Positions 49,430-59,430 of a stretch of 64,000 bases of DNA are shown here, one piece after another. Where the stretch lies: contig CBDCCI010000002.1 in assembly GCA_965214705.1 (NCBI GenBank), positions 1,344,001-1,408,000 on the forward strand, given 5' to 3'. This DNA is from Alphaproteobacteria bacterium. Lineage in GTDB: Bacteria; Pseudomonadota; Alphaproteobacteria; UBA828. The notes under the pieces were generated by a model. That model was not told the origin of the DNA. It did not search any database and saw only the letters and a list, made by a program, of their open reading frames with translations. The translations under genes and the position numbers were made by a program. Numbering within the stretch: position 1 is the first letter of the stretch; each line of letters begins with the position of its first letter.

Positions 49430-49912
49430 TCCTCAGCTTCTTCCTCCTCCCTCCGTTGCACCTTAGGGGGCAGCCACCGCCGACCTTCGGCGGCTGGCCG
49501 CCCCCCTCTTTCTTTGCAGCCAAGCCAGAGCCCGCTTCACGCCGGAATTGGCCCCCGCCCAGAGGCTGTCAACAAGAACAGAAACAGAGGAGCCGTGCGT
49601 GGGGAGAGGGAGGTCGTACCCCGTCGTGATGCGTCATTGTGCCACGCGTCCTCGGCCCGGCAACCCTGGCGGGTTCTCCGGTCGCTGCGCTCCCTCCGAC
49701 CTTCTCCAAGAGTTCCTAGGACCGGCCGTGAAGATGCCCGACCGTGAAGTCGACTTGCCCGAACTCCCCAAGACCTCGTCCGTGGCGCACCGGCCCCTCA
49801 AGCGCGGGGCCGGCGCGTCGGCCCGGCGCTAGCAGTTCTTGAGAAGGCCTACTCGAAACGCGGCCAATCACCAAGGCAGCGCGCCGGACCTCCCAGGTCC
49901 GCAGAACGTCGA

Positions 49913-49948
49913 CTTCCGCACCAAATCGGGCATCTTCCGCACCAAATC
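49913..49948 (+). repeat. 15-bp direct repeat with 21-bp period
   Basis: CTTCCGCACCAAATC at 49913 and 49934. Confidence 0.8.
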
Positions 49949-50070
49949 CGGTCCAAGAAACTCTAGGAGAAGGTGCCGGTCCTGCGGGCGCGTGTCCCAA
50001 CAACGCATCACGACGGGGCGCACCCGCAGGGTGGACACCGCCTCGGAGGATGAACGAAAGGGAGGTCGAC

Positions 50071-50988
50071 ATGATCGACACGCGCCAGGACACAGCTTCA
50101 CAGACCGCCGCCATCTGCGAGAACGTCGCACTCTACGGCGCAGCGCCCGAGAGGGGCGAGCTCGACAGCCGCGAGGTCTGGGACGAAGACGACGCCACCG
50201 AGGCGCTGAGCGAGGCCATCCGCATCATGGTGGACGGCATCACCGTGGAGGGGACGCAGATGGCCGACGAGCGCGAGGCCCTGCTCTGGAGCATCGTCAA
50301 CTGCCTCCATTCGCAGGTGGGCCGCCTCGACAGGGCGGTAGACCGCATCGCCCCGGAGATGAAGGACCTGGAGACCGCCCAAGACGGGAGCGAGGTGAAG
50401 GCCTGGGAGCTGCAGCTCCTCACCGACCGGGCGCGCAACCTCGGAGACCGGCGCGACGCCTTCGAGACCCTGCGCGATAGCGCCGCAGACGCCTACCGCG
50501 CCGAGACCGGCGATACCTGGCGGCCGAGACACGGCTCGCATACCTCGAAGGCGGCAGCGCTCACGTCGGCCGCCATCGACGCGCGCGACTACCGGCGCGC
50601 CCGCAAGGAGCGCGAGACCAGCGCGCACCTGCCCGACGGCACCCTGGTGGCGGTCACCGGCGGCAAGGAGGTCGCAGACCCCGCCGCCGTCTGGAGCGTC
50701 CTCGACCGGACGCATGCGAAGCACGGCGACATGGTGCTCGTCCATGGCGGCGCCCCCGGCGTCGAGACGGTGGCGGCGAAGTGGGCCGAGGCCCGCAGCG
50801 TGCACCAGGTAATCGTGCGCCCGGACTGGAAGGCGCACGGGAAGGCTGCACCCTTCAGGCGCAACGACGCGCTGCTCGACCTGCTGCCCAGGGGCGTCAT
50901 CGCCTTTCCCGGCAGCGGCGTCACCGGCAATCTCGTGGACAAAGCCCGGCAGATGGGAATCCCCGTGATGCAACTCAGCGCCGCCTGA
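50071..50988 (+). CDS. DUF2493 / SLOG (YspA-like) domain protein
   Basis: VAVTGG, LVHGGA.G, PDWKAHGKAAPFRRN, FPGSGVTGNLVDKA; GGAGG RBS. Confidence 0.85.
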   Translation: MIDTRQDTASQTAAICENVALYGAAPERGELDSREVWDEDDATEALSEAIRIMVDGITVEGTQMADEREALLWSIVNCLHSQVGRLDRAVDRIAPEMKDLETAQDGSEVKAWELQLLTDRARNLGDRRDAFETLRDSAADAYRAETGDTWRPRHGSHTSKAAALTSAAIDARDYRRARKERETSAHLPDGTLVAVTGGKEVADPAAVWSVLDRTHAKHGDMVLVHGGAPGVETVAAKWAEARSVHQVIVRPDWKAHGKAAPFRRNDALLDLLPRGVIAFPGSGVTGNLVDKARQMGIPVMQLSAA

Positions 50989-51367
50989 TGCGGCGCTTTC
51001 CCATTCGCCACCGGCCGGTCCTTCGCTTCGGCGAGGGATCGGCTTCTCTTTTTCGCCGCGCCCGGTGTCGCGCAGCGCGTCCCGGCGCTAACGCGCCGTC
51101 GCCGCTCGCGCTCTGTATGGGCAGCACCCGCCTCGATCTTCCACCACGGCCGCCTCGCGACCGCCTCGCCGCATACGCGGCTCCGCCGACCGCTCGCTTG
51201 CTCCCTCTGCATTGAAGCGCCTCACGTCGACCCACGGATCGCCGTGCTTCGCACGACGCATCGCCGATCCGGGCTCGGTCCGTCTCGGGCTCGACGCTCC
51301 GCGTCTTTGCCATGAGCCTTCGTCTTGCAGCCAGCTCGGCGCTTGCGCGCCTTCGACCGGTTCCGGC

Positions 51368-51673
51368 TCAGAAGGCATCCCCCTCCGAATCCTTGCCGCC
51401 GATCTTCGCCGCCACTGAAGCAGCCTTGCGCCCAGGAAGCTCCCCCTTGTCGAGGAAGACCTTAAGGCTTCGTTCGCCCAGCTCGATACCTCGCGCCGTG
51501 AGCACTTCGTGCATCTGCGCCACGGTCACGCCCTTGGACCGTTGCTCAAGCATACGCTCTCGCAACCGGTCTAGGACGTCCTTCAATGTCAGCTTAGGCG
51601 GCGCCAGCTTCGCCAGGTCCGTATCGATGGCATCGAAGTCGATATCCGATTCGTTGAAGCGCCTCACGACCAT
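51368..51673 (-). CDS. Small protein divergent from the relaxase; probable relaxosome accessory protein
   Basis: GAGGAGG RBS; HTH-like KGVTVAQMHEVL..RGI; position next to oriT. Confidence 0.6.
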   Translation of the reverse strand: MVVRRFNESDIDFDAIDTDLAKLAPPKLTLKDVLDRLRERMLEQRSKGVTVAQMHEVLTARGIELGERSLKVFLDKGELPGRKAASVAAKIGGKDSEGDAF

Positions 51674-51868
51674 GCGATCCCTCCTCGTCTTCCCGCAAAA
51701 ATTCCAGACAGCTACGCACGATTATCCAAGGTCCTGATTGTGTCAAGACCACCGACGTCCCCAATGCGGTACGTAACTCCGACGGGCTCTTGTGGAGCGC
51801 CAACCAGAAAACAAAATCGTGCCGATCCAGAAATCTCCTTGACGTACAGCAAGTCATAGCGCATTGAC

Positions 51869-51894
51869 CCTCCCACACCTATGCACTAAAGTGC
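51869..51894 (-). other. Candidate MOBF oriT/nic site
   Basis: Minus strand GCAC-TTTA-GTGC hairpin then ATAGGTGT|GG, resembling the F/IncN-type TGCGT.GGTGT nic pattern; predicted nick between 51875 and 51874. Confidence 0.65.
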
Positions 51895-52081
51895 GAGTCA
51901 TCGACATACATAGCCCATTGATGAGACAGCCTGGAAGCGGCCGTCTTGCGGATCCGGGTAGCCGTATGACCATCATGAAAAATCTCTCTCCGACGGCGTT
52001 CAGGTCCGCTCCGGTCTCAGGCCGGGAGCGGGGACCCGGCTGCGCCGCCCGCATCGGCCCGGCCAACCCGCGTGGCGCGCC

Positions 52082-55000
52082 ATGGTAGCGACGCTCGCCC
52101 AGGCGGCGTCTGCCGCGTACTACCTGGAAAGCCAGCGCTCGTTCCGCCATCCGAACGAGTACTATACGGCGGGCGAGGAGCCGGACGGGGTGTGGTTCAA
52201 CCCCAAGGGCCTGCTCGGGCTGGAGAACGGCGGCAAGGTCGACAGCGGCGACTTCCACCGGCTCTATAACGGCTTCGCGCCTGACGGCTCGCAGAGGCTC
52301 ACCAGGAACGCCGGCAGCGAGAGCCGCTCGCCCGGCCTGGACATGACCTTCTCGGCCGACAAGAGCGTGTCCGCGCTCTGGGCCATTGCCGATCCCGCGC
52401 TTCGCTCCCGGATCGAGGACGCGCACAACGACGCCGCCCGGGTCGCCCTCGAAGAGACGGTGTTCCGCTACTGCGCCTATACGCGAATCCGGGACAGGGA
52501 GGGGCGGATAGGGGTCCTGCCTGCCGATATAGCCGCCGCGATGTTCCAGCACGGCACCAGCCGCGAGAACGACCCGCAGCTCCACACCCACTGCCTCGTC
52601 TTCAACGCGGCCCGGACCCATGAGGATGGCAAGTGGCGGGCGATGCACCAGTACCCGGTCTACAGCTGGGCCAAGGCCGCGGGCGCCGTCTACCGCAATG
52701 CGCTCGCCTGGAACCTGCGCGAGCGCCTCGGCGTCCGCATCGGGCAGTATGGTCCCGACGGCGCGTTCACCCGCATCGAGGGCATGCCGGAGGACTTGCA
52801 GGTCTTCTGGTCCAAGCGGCGCAAGACGATCGTCGCGAAGGCCGGGGAGCTGGGTATCCCGACGCTCGCCAATGCCTCGCGCATGGCGGGCGTCAACAAG
52901 CTGACGCGGGCCGGCAAGTCTCACGACAACGATCCCGAGGTGCGTCACGGTCGCTGGCGCGACGAAGCACAGGGCTTCGCCGAGCGGGAGGAGCTGATCG
53001 CCTCAGTCACCGCCCATCAGGTCGCGATAGGGCGAGAAAAAATCCGTGAGCTGACGGACCGGCTCGACGACCTTCCCGCCCACCTGGCCCGTGAGGAGGC
53101 CGTGTTCCGGCGGCCTGACATGGTGGAGGCGGCCGCGAATGCGGCGGCAGGCCTGATCGGACCTGAAGCGCTGAAGACCGCCATCGAGCGGCTGCGGCGC
53201 AACCCGGAGATCGAGCGGCTTGAGCCGAAGAAGCCGACGGCCGAATCCCTCGCCGGCATGGTCCACACCGAGGTCTATTCCACCCGGCACAACCTGGGGC
53301 TGGAACAGGCCGTGAAGGACATGGCGTCGTCAATGGCGTCAGACGCCGGCCACGGACTGCCTGAAGAGGCGGTGGCGTTGAAGGTCGAGACCCTGCTGGA
53401 CCGGAACTATCCGCTGAGCCAGGAGCAGTCGCTGGCCATCCGCCATGCCACCGTCAAGGGCGGTCGTGTCGCCGTCATCGAGGGCGCGGCGGGCTCGGGC
53501 AAGACCACTACACTCCGGCCCATCACCGACCTGCACAGGGAGCACGGCTACGGGATCGTTCCCACTGCCGTCGCCTGGCGCACCGCCGTCGCACTGGGCG
53601 ACGACTGCGACGCCCGCCCCTACTGCGTGGACAAGCTGCTGAAGCTCGCCGCGAAGGGGCAGCTGGAGATCGGCCGCAATACCCTCATCGTGGTGGACGA
53701 GGCGGGGATGCTGTCGACCCGCCAGGCGCATCACATCCTCCAGCTCTCCGAGCGCCACGGCTCCAAGGTGGTGTTCGCCGGCGACACCCGTCAGCAGCAG
53801 CCCGTGGAGGCGGGGCCGGGACTGCGGCTCATCCGGGACGTCGCGGGCAGCGTCCGCGTCGACCGCATCCGGCGCCAGAAGGCGGACCTCGAAGACGTGC
53901 TGGTTCATGTGCACGGCGAGACGCCGGAGCAGGCGCGCTTCCGGACCGGACTGACCTCGCGGGAGGAGCGCGATGCGATTCTTGCCGACTACGAGGCGAT
54001 GGAGCGGAAGCCGCTGTTCACGCCCTGGCAGGTGGCGGTCTCGGAGGCGCTCAGGGACGGCGAAGCGGCACAGGCGATCGAGGCGTGGCGCCTGCGCGGC
54101 CGGCTTCACCTCTGCTACGACGAGGAGAAGACGCTCAAGCGTCTGGTGGACGACTGGGCGCACCACGCGCAGGCCGAGCCCGAAAAATCCGCTGTGGTGC
54201 TCGCGCGCACACGCGCGGAAGCAAGGGCGCTGTCATGGCTGATGCGGGAGCGGGTGCTTGCCCGAACGCCGGACGCAAAACGCGCGGTGATCGAGGTGAG
54301 CCGGGACCTGGACGGCCGCGTGACGGAGCCTCTGGAGATCGCGGTCGGGGACCGTCTCCGCATCGGCGCCACACAGTGGGAGAAGCAGCTCTTCAACGGC
54401 ACCGTGGTCACCGTCGAGGGCATCGAGATGCAAGACATCGAGGTGAGGAAGGAGGAAGGTGCGGCGGTATCACGAAAGGCTCGGAACCGGGAAGCCAGGG
54501 AGCAAGCGGCGCGCGGCACGGAGGCAGGTGAGGATCGCCTTGAAGCGGGTCATGCCAGCGAAAAGTCCGAAGGAAAAGCGGAAGACGGGCCATCGGTGTT
54601 CATCACCGCTCGGACCGACGACGGCCGGGCGGTCTCGTTCCGCCAAGACGAGATCCGGGACTTCCACGACAACATCCGCCTCGACTACGGCTATGCCACG
54701 ACCATCGCGTCCGCCCAGGGGATCACGGTCGACCGGGCCTTCCTCCTTATCGACGACAGGCCCTCCCGCGAGACCGTCTATCCCGCCGCGACCCGCCACC
54801 GCGAGGGGATCGACGTCTACGTCAACCGCGCGCCCATCGTCTTCGACATCGCCGAGCACCGGCCCGAGGACGAGGCGGACATGCCCGTCACGGACAGCGA
54901 CGTCCGCGCGTATCTGGCGGAGCGCTGGTCGCGCTCACAGCCCAAGGAAGCCGCGCTCGACTACATCGCGGACGGCGCATGGCGGGATGCGAGAGAACGG

Positions 55001-56446
55001 GCTCAGCTCGCAGCACGGCACGGAGCGCAGATCGGGCGCGGCGGCAACGGGAGCGAAGCAAACCCGCCAGGGGGCGCGAATCAACACGATCCCGGCGAAC
55101 GGCAGGCAGCCGCAGCGCAGGCGGCGGCGAACGACAACGCCATCGTGCGGATCGCCCGCGAAATCTGCCATGCGGTCAACGGCTGGCGCCACGGCGCCGC
55201 CGTCGACGCCTTCGCGGCGGAGAGCACCGCGGTCATGGCGTCATGGGAGGAGCTGCGCCGGCGCGCACGCGCCGAGGGCGAGGCGGTGGCGCTCAGTCCG
55301 GCCTTCCGCGAGACCCTCGACCGTCACCGCGCGCTGATGAAGCAGGCCGCGTCCTTCCGCTCCCGGCCGCAGGCGTTCGAGCGCCTGCTCGCCGAGCGCG
55401 CGGGTATTGGCGAAGCCGAGATCGGGGAACTGCACAATCAGCACGCGCGCGCCGGCAAGTGCCTGCGCTCCGCGGCGGCCAGGGCCGCCCACCGGGCGCG
55501 GCAAGACGCGAGGCGCCAGGACGCGCAACGCCAAGACGCACCGCGCGAAGAAGCGGGGATCGCCGAGGCCATCGCAGCCGAGGCTGTCACAGCCGAGGCT
55601 GTCGCAGCCGGGATCGCCACCCCTGCCGCCGGGCCCGCTCCCGAAGAGACCCTGCCGCCCCGGACGCCGGAGGCGCTCGCGCCCGGCCCGGAGCGCGAGG
55701 CCCCGCCCGACTGGCGGACCCTCTACCGGGAGCTGCAATGCGACTGGAACGATCTTGTCGCGCGCGCCGAGGAGCCCGACCTGCCCCTGCCGCTGATGGA
55801 TGGGTACGACACGCTCATCGGCCGCGTCCGCGCGCTCGCCGATGATCCCGGCCTGTCCGAGCGCGCGCGCAGCGTGATCGACGGGCTCCTCGACTACCAT
55901 GACGACGAGACCGCGGCGCGCGAGATCGCCGAGGGCTATCTTGCGGCAGCCGAGCGGCATGTGGAGGCGTACAGGGCCCTCGAACGTCACGCCGGCGAGC
56001 GCGGCGTTCCCATGGTCCGTCTCGACGCCTGGCCCCGGTGGCGCGAAACGGCCGAGCTGCTGGCGGACACCGGCAAGGCCGTGCTCGCCAACGACGAGAG
56101 ATACGGCGCATATCTCGACGCGATCGCCGCCGGAAAGCCGCGCGCTCGCTTGACGGTCGACCAACTGCGCAACCGGCTCGACGAGAATCGCACGGTCGCA
56201 ACTAAGCCGGAGGAGTCACGGACTCGGCGCGAGCAGAAGCCCGGGCAGCAGCAGGGTTTTGCGCACCGGCTGGACGATGATCGCCAGCCTCGGAATCAAC
56301 CCCGGCCCGCGGTCGAGGGCGAACGGCAGGGCTTCGCCCACATCCTCGACGATCCCGAGAAACTACGCGAACTGCGCAAGAAAGCGGAGCAGCGCGACCG
56401 CAAGCTCGGCAGGCACATGCGCAGGAGCCGGGGGATCAGCATGTAG
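52082..56446 (+). CDS. MOBF relaxase-helicase (TrwC/TraI-like)
   Basis: N-terminal YY...YY, DMTFSADKSVS, HGTSRENDPQLHTH, WSKRR; helicase GAAGSGKTT, VDEAGM, YGYATT..AQGITVD. Confidence 0.95.
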   Translation: MVATLAQAASAAYYLESQRSFRHPNEYYTAGEEPDGVWFNPKGLLGLENGGKVDSGDFHRLYNGFAPDGSQRLTRNAGSESRSPGLDMTFSADKSVSALWAIADPALRSRIEDAHNDAARVALEETVFRYCAYTRIRDREGRIGVLPADIAAAMFQHGTSRENDPQLHTHCLVFNAARTHEDGKWRAMHQYPVYSWAKAAGAVYRNALAWNLRERLGVRIGQYGPDGAFTRIEGMPEDLQVFWSKRRKTIVAKAGELGIPTLANASRMAGVNKLTRAGKSHDNDPEVRHGRWRDEAQGFAEREELIASVTAHQVAIGREKIRELTDRLDDLPAHLAREEAVFRRPDMVEAAANAAAGLIGPEALKTAIERLRRNPEIERLEPKKPTAESLAGMVHTEVYSTRHNLGLEQAVKDMASSMASDAGHGLPEEAVALKVETLLDRNYPLSQEQSLAIRHATVKGGRVAVIEGAAGSGKTTTLRPITDLHREHGYGIVPTAVAWRTAVALGDDCDARPYCVDKLLKLAAKGQLEIGRNTLIVVDEAGMLSTRQAHHILQLSERHGSKVVFAGDTRQQQPVEAGPGLRLIRDVAGSVRVDRIRRQKADLEDVLVHVHGETPEQARFRTGLTSREERDAILADYEAMERKPLFTPWQVAVSEALRDGEAAQAIEAWRLRGRLHLCYDEEKTLKRLVDDWAHHAQAEPEKSAVVLARTRAEARALSWLMRERVLARTPDAKRAVIEVSRDLDGRVTEPLEIAVGDRLRIGATQWEKQLFNGTVVTVEGIEMQDIEVRKEEGAAVSRKARNREAREQAARGTEAGEDRLEAGHASEKSEGKAEDGPSVFITARTDDGRAVSFRQDEIRDFHDNIRLDYGYATTIASAQGITVDRAFLLIDDRPSRETVYPAATRHREGIDVYVNRAPIVFDIAEHRPEDEADMPVTDSDVRAYLAERWSRSQPKEAALDYIADGAWRDARERAQLAARHGAQIGRGGNGSEANPPGGANQHDPGERQAAAAQAAANDNAIVRIAREICHAVNGWRHGAAVDAFAAESTAVMASWEELRRRARAEGEAVALSPAFRETLDRHRALMKQAASFRSRPQAFERLLAERAGIGEAEIGELHNQHARAGKCLRSAAARAAHRARQDARRQDAQRQDAPREEAGIAEAIAAEAVTAEAVAAGIATPAAGPAPEETLPPRTPEALAPGPEREAPPDWRTLYRELQCDWNDLVARAEEPDLPLPLMDGYDTLIGRVRALADDPGLSERARSVIDGLLDYHDDETAAREIAEGYLAAAERHVEAYRALERHAGERGVPMVRLDAWPRWRETAELLADTGKAVLANDERYGAYLDAIAAGKPRARLTVDQLRNRLDENRTVATKPEESRTRREQKPGQQQGFAHRLDDDRQPRNQPRPAVEGERQGFAHILDDPEKLRELRKKAEQRDRKLGRHMRRSRGISM

Positions 56447-56548
56447 TCCAACCATCGTCGTTACTGGTGTGAGCCGCTGCTACGGACCGCTATCTGAGCA
56501 TCCGCGCTGCCTGTCGTTCGCTCTTGGAGTGTGGCCCTCGCAATGCTA

Positions 56549-56563
56549 TATGACCAAGTCATA
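56549..56563. promoter_or_regulatory. Palindromic operator candidate upstream of parD
   Basis: TATGAC-caa-GTCATA just before the AGGAG RBS. Confidence 0.55.
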
Positions 56564-56577
56564 CCCAGGAGACGCCG

Positions 56578-56847
56578 ATGACCGTCAAGACGACACTTAG
56601 CTTCACGGACCGGCATCATAAGTTCATGTCGGCGAAAGTTGACGACGGCGTCTTCGCCTCTCAAAGCGCAGTGGTCGCCTCTGCCATCGAGAATATGATG
56701 CGCGACGAACAGGAACGCGACGTCGCTCTTGCAGCTATGGCAGAAGAGGTTCGCGCGCGCATGCAAACGGCGCGATCCGAATATGTTGACGGCGAGCGAA
56801 CCTTCTCCGCTGCTCGCGCAACCGTCGCGGCGGCGCGAGAGGGGTGA
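56578..56847 (+). CDS. parD: ParD-like RHH antitoxin
   Basis: TTLSFTD...KVDDGVFASQSAVV; GTGA overlap with toxin. Confidence 0.8.
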   Translation: MTVKTTLSFTDRHHKFMSAKVDDGVFASQSAVVASAIENMMRDEQERDVALAAMAEEVRARMQTARSEYVDGERTFSAARATVAAAREG

Positions 56848-57303
56848 CATATCGTATCCGTTACCACCCACTCGTATCCCGTGATCTTGAGGTGATCGCC
56901 CGGTGGATCGTCGACTACGCGGGAAGCGAAGCGGCAAACCGCAGGCTCACAGAGATAGAAGAAGCGATTGCCGCTCTGGCGCAGACGCCGCACAAGGTTA
57001 AGGGTTGGGCAGGCTCTCTCTCGAGAGCCTGCCCAACCCTTTTGAACGAAGCCGCGGGCCACGAGAGGCGAAGTTGAGCTATGTGGAAAGTGCGCTGATG
57101 TCAGCGTCAGGCGGCATCCACCGGCAGCAGAGTTGCGCATAAAATCGACGCTCGCGCCGGTCTTTCGGCAGGCATGCGGGCGCACGCTGCGAGGACTGAG
57201 CGGGGTGTGAGCCGAGGGCTGTCAGCCCGGCTCAAGCGGAGACAGGTTCGGTCGTGCGTCGGCGCTTTGGCGCCGTTGCGCGGGGCCGAAGCGAGCGGGC
57301 GTC

Positions 57304-58545
57304 TCACGGTTTCCCCCTGTGGGTCGGCGGCAGCGCCGGCGGGCCGCGCGTCGAGCGGGGCTCATGGCGGCGGCGGATTTCGCGGACGAGGCGCATGACG
57401 CCGCCGCAGTGGGGGCAGGCCACGGGCGCGGTGCCGATCTCGGGCTCTTCGTCGGGCTCGGCCCGAGCGCCGTCCACGCTTCCCTCGGGGGCGGCGCAGC
57501 CGAGGGCGCCGAGAGCCTGGCGTGCTCTCTCCAGCGTGCTGGCGCGGCAGCCGTTGGCGAGGATGCCGAAGTAGCGAGTGCGGTGCATGCCGTCCGGCAG
57601 GACGTGCCTCAGGAAGCGGCGGATGAACTCGTCGGCGCTCACGGTGGCGATGCCGTAGCGCGGCTTTCTCTGCCCCGGCGCCTTGGGCTTTCGGTGGCGG
57701 AAGGAGACCGTCTCGCCGTCGAAGGAGACGATGCGGCTGTCGGAGATGGCGATCCTGTGCGTGTAGTGCGAGAGGTACCGGAAGACCTGCTCAGGCCCGC
57801 GGAAGGGCCGCTTGGCGTAGACCACCCAGTCCCTGGCCCGGGCGGCGGCAAGCGTGGCGTGGAACTCGCCGGGATTGGCGAGGTGGGCGACGGTGCCGTG
57901 GAACTCCAGGTCCCCCCGGCCGTGGGCGCGGGCGAGCTCCTCGAGGAAGAGGCGGCGGAACAGGCTGCCGAGGACCTTGACGGGGGCGAGGAAGGTGGTG
58001 CTCCCCGTCTTCCACTCGCCACTGTCTACGTCGAAGCCCGCGTTGGGCACGACCACGTGCAGGTGCGGGTGGAAGCGGAGCTTCTGATCCCAGGTATGGA
58101 GGACCGCGGTGCCGCCGATGCGCATGCCGCCGTGGCGGGGATCGGCGGCGATGGTGCGCAGGGTCTCGGCGACGGCCCGGAAGAGGATGTCGAACACCAC
58201 CCTGCGGTTGCAGAAGGCAATGGCGGCAACCTCCTTGGGCAGGGTGAAGACCACATGGAAGTAGGGCACCGGCAGGATGTCCCCGGCGCGCTCCTCGCTC
58301 CAGAGGTTGGCGGCGAGACCCTGGCAGGTGGGGCAGTGGCGGTTGCGGCAGGAGTTGAAGAGCGGATGCTCGCGCCCGCAGCCCTCGCAGGCGTACATGT
58401 GGCCGCCGAGCACGGCGGTGCGGCACGCCTCGATGGCGCCCATGACCTTGAGCCGGGCGGCGTCGATGCGCCCTTTGTGGCGCTCACGGAAAGCGGCGCC
58501 GGCGCGGCGGAAGATCTCCGCCACGCCCGCGCGTTCGGCCTCCAC
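57304..58545 (-). CDS. IS91-family Y2 HUH transposase
   Basis: SCRNRHCPTC zinc domain, YFHVVFTLP, HPHLH, YLSHY, RTRYFGILAN. Confidence 0.93.
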   Translation of the reverse strand: MEAERAGVAEIFRRAGAAFRERHKGRIDAARLKVMGAIEACRTAVLGGHMYACEGCGREHPLFNSCRNRHCPTCQGLAANLWSEERAGDILPVPYFHVVFTLPKEVAAIAFCNRRVVFDILFRAVAETLRTIAADPRHGGMRIGGTAVLHTWDQKLRFHPHLHVVVPNAGFDVDSGEWKTGSTTFLAPVKVLGSLFRRLFLEELARAHGRGDLEFHGTVAHLANPGEFHATLAAARARDWVVYAKRPFRGPEQVFRYLSHYTHRIAISDSRIVSFDGETVSFRHRKPKAPGQRKPRYGIATVSADEFIRRFLRHVLPDGMHRTRYFGILANGCRASTLERARQALGALGCAAPEGSVDGARAEPDEEPEIGTAPVACPHCGGVMRLVREIRRRHEPRSTRGPPALPPTHRGKP

Positions 58546-58551
58546 GCGCCG

Positions 58552-59430
58552 TCAGTTGCGCAACGCTGCGAAGCCTGAGATCGGGTGGTCGAGGCCCTCG
58601 AACATCTTGCCGGTGACGCGGGCGTAGTGACGGGTCGTGTTCGCGCTTCGATGGCCGAGCATGTCCCGGATCACCTCGATATCGCCGCCGCGCTCGAGGA
58701 GATGGGTCGCCGCCGAATGGCGCAGGCAATGGAAGGTGTAGCTGCGGTCGAGCTCGGCAATGTCGCGCGCCCTCCTGAAGGCGGCCTGCAAGGTCTCCGT
58801 TGCGATGGGCCTGTCGAGCGAGACGCCGTAGAAGAGCCAGCTCGTCGGACGCGGCCAGATGTTCCTGTAGTAGACGCGCAAGTAGTGGATGACGATGTCC
58901 GGCAACGGTGCCATTCTCTCGGTGCCGCCTTTGCCGGAGGGGATGTGCAGCAGCTTCTTCTCCGACAGGATGTCGCCGACCTTGATGGCCAAGGTCTCGG
59001 AGATGCGGAGCCCGCCGCCATAGCCGGTGACAATGGCAGCACGGTGGCGGAGGTCGGGTGTCGCAAGGATGAGGTGCTCGACCTCCTGCTCCGACATGTA
59101 GCGCGGCAGCTTGCCGGGCTTCTTGCGGGAGCGCAGGCCGGCGACATGGTCAGGCCAGCCGAGTGTGTCGATGTAGAGGAAGTTCAGCGCGGCGAAGGAG
59201 ACGTTGGTCGTGCCCGGACTGAGCCCCTTGTCGATCCGCCCCAGGTACCACTGGCGCACCTGCTCGGCGTCGAGCTCGTCCGGCGAGGCGTCGTAGTACC
59301 TGGCCAGGTTCTTGATCTCGCAGATGTAGGCCTTGGACGTGCTCGCGGCCAGATTGGCGATGCGGAGCTGCTCCTCCATGCGCTGGCGAAGAGGGGTGAC
59401 GGTGTTCGTGTCGCACGCGGTCCCGGTCAT
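58552..59430 (-). CDS. Tyrosine recombinase (XerD-like with N-terminal SAM-like domain)
   Basis: GLRISE, GKGG, HCLRHSAATHLLE, LGH, TRHY: full catalytic set. Confidence 0.93.
   Translation of the reverse strand: MTGTACDTNTVTPLRQRMEEQLRIANLAASTSKAYICEIKNLARYYDASPDELDAEQVRQWYLGRIDKGLSPGTTNVSFAALNFLYIDTLGWPDHVAGLRSRKKPGKLPRYMSEQEVEHLILATPDLRHRAAIVTGYGGGLRISETLAIKVGDILSEKKLLHIPSGKGGTERMAPLPDIVIHYLRVYYRNIWPRPTSWLFYGVSLDRPIATETLQAAFRRARDIAELDRSYTFHCLRHSAATHLLERGGDIEVIRDMLGHRSANTTRHYARVTGKMFEGLDHPISGFAALRN

Noticed and set aside
56844-57077. 77-aa ORF as a complete ParE
   Set aside because: Residues after TPHK are read-through into the inserted element; the true 3' half is at 59663-59827.
58552-59430. 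Tyrosine recombinase as the integrase of the large mobilizable element
   Set aside because: It lies inside the 2.67-kb insertion that splits parE.
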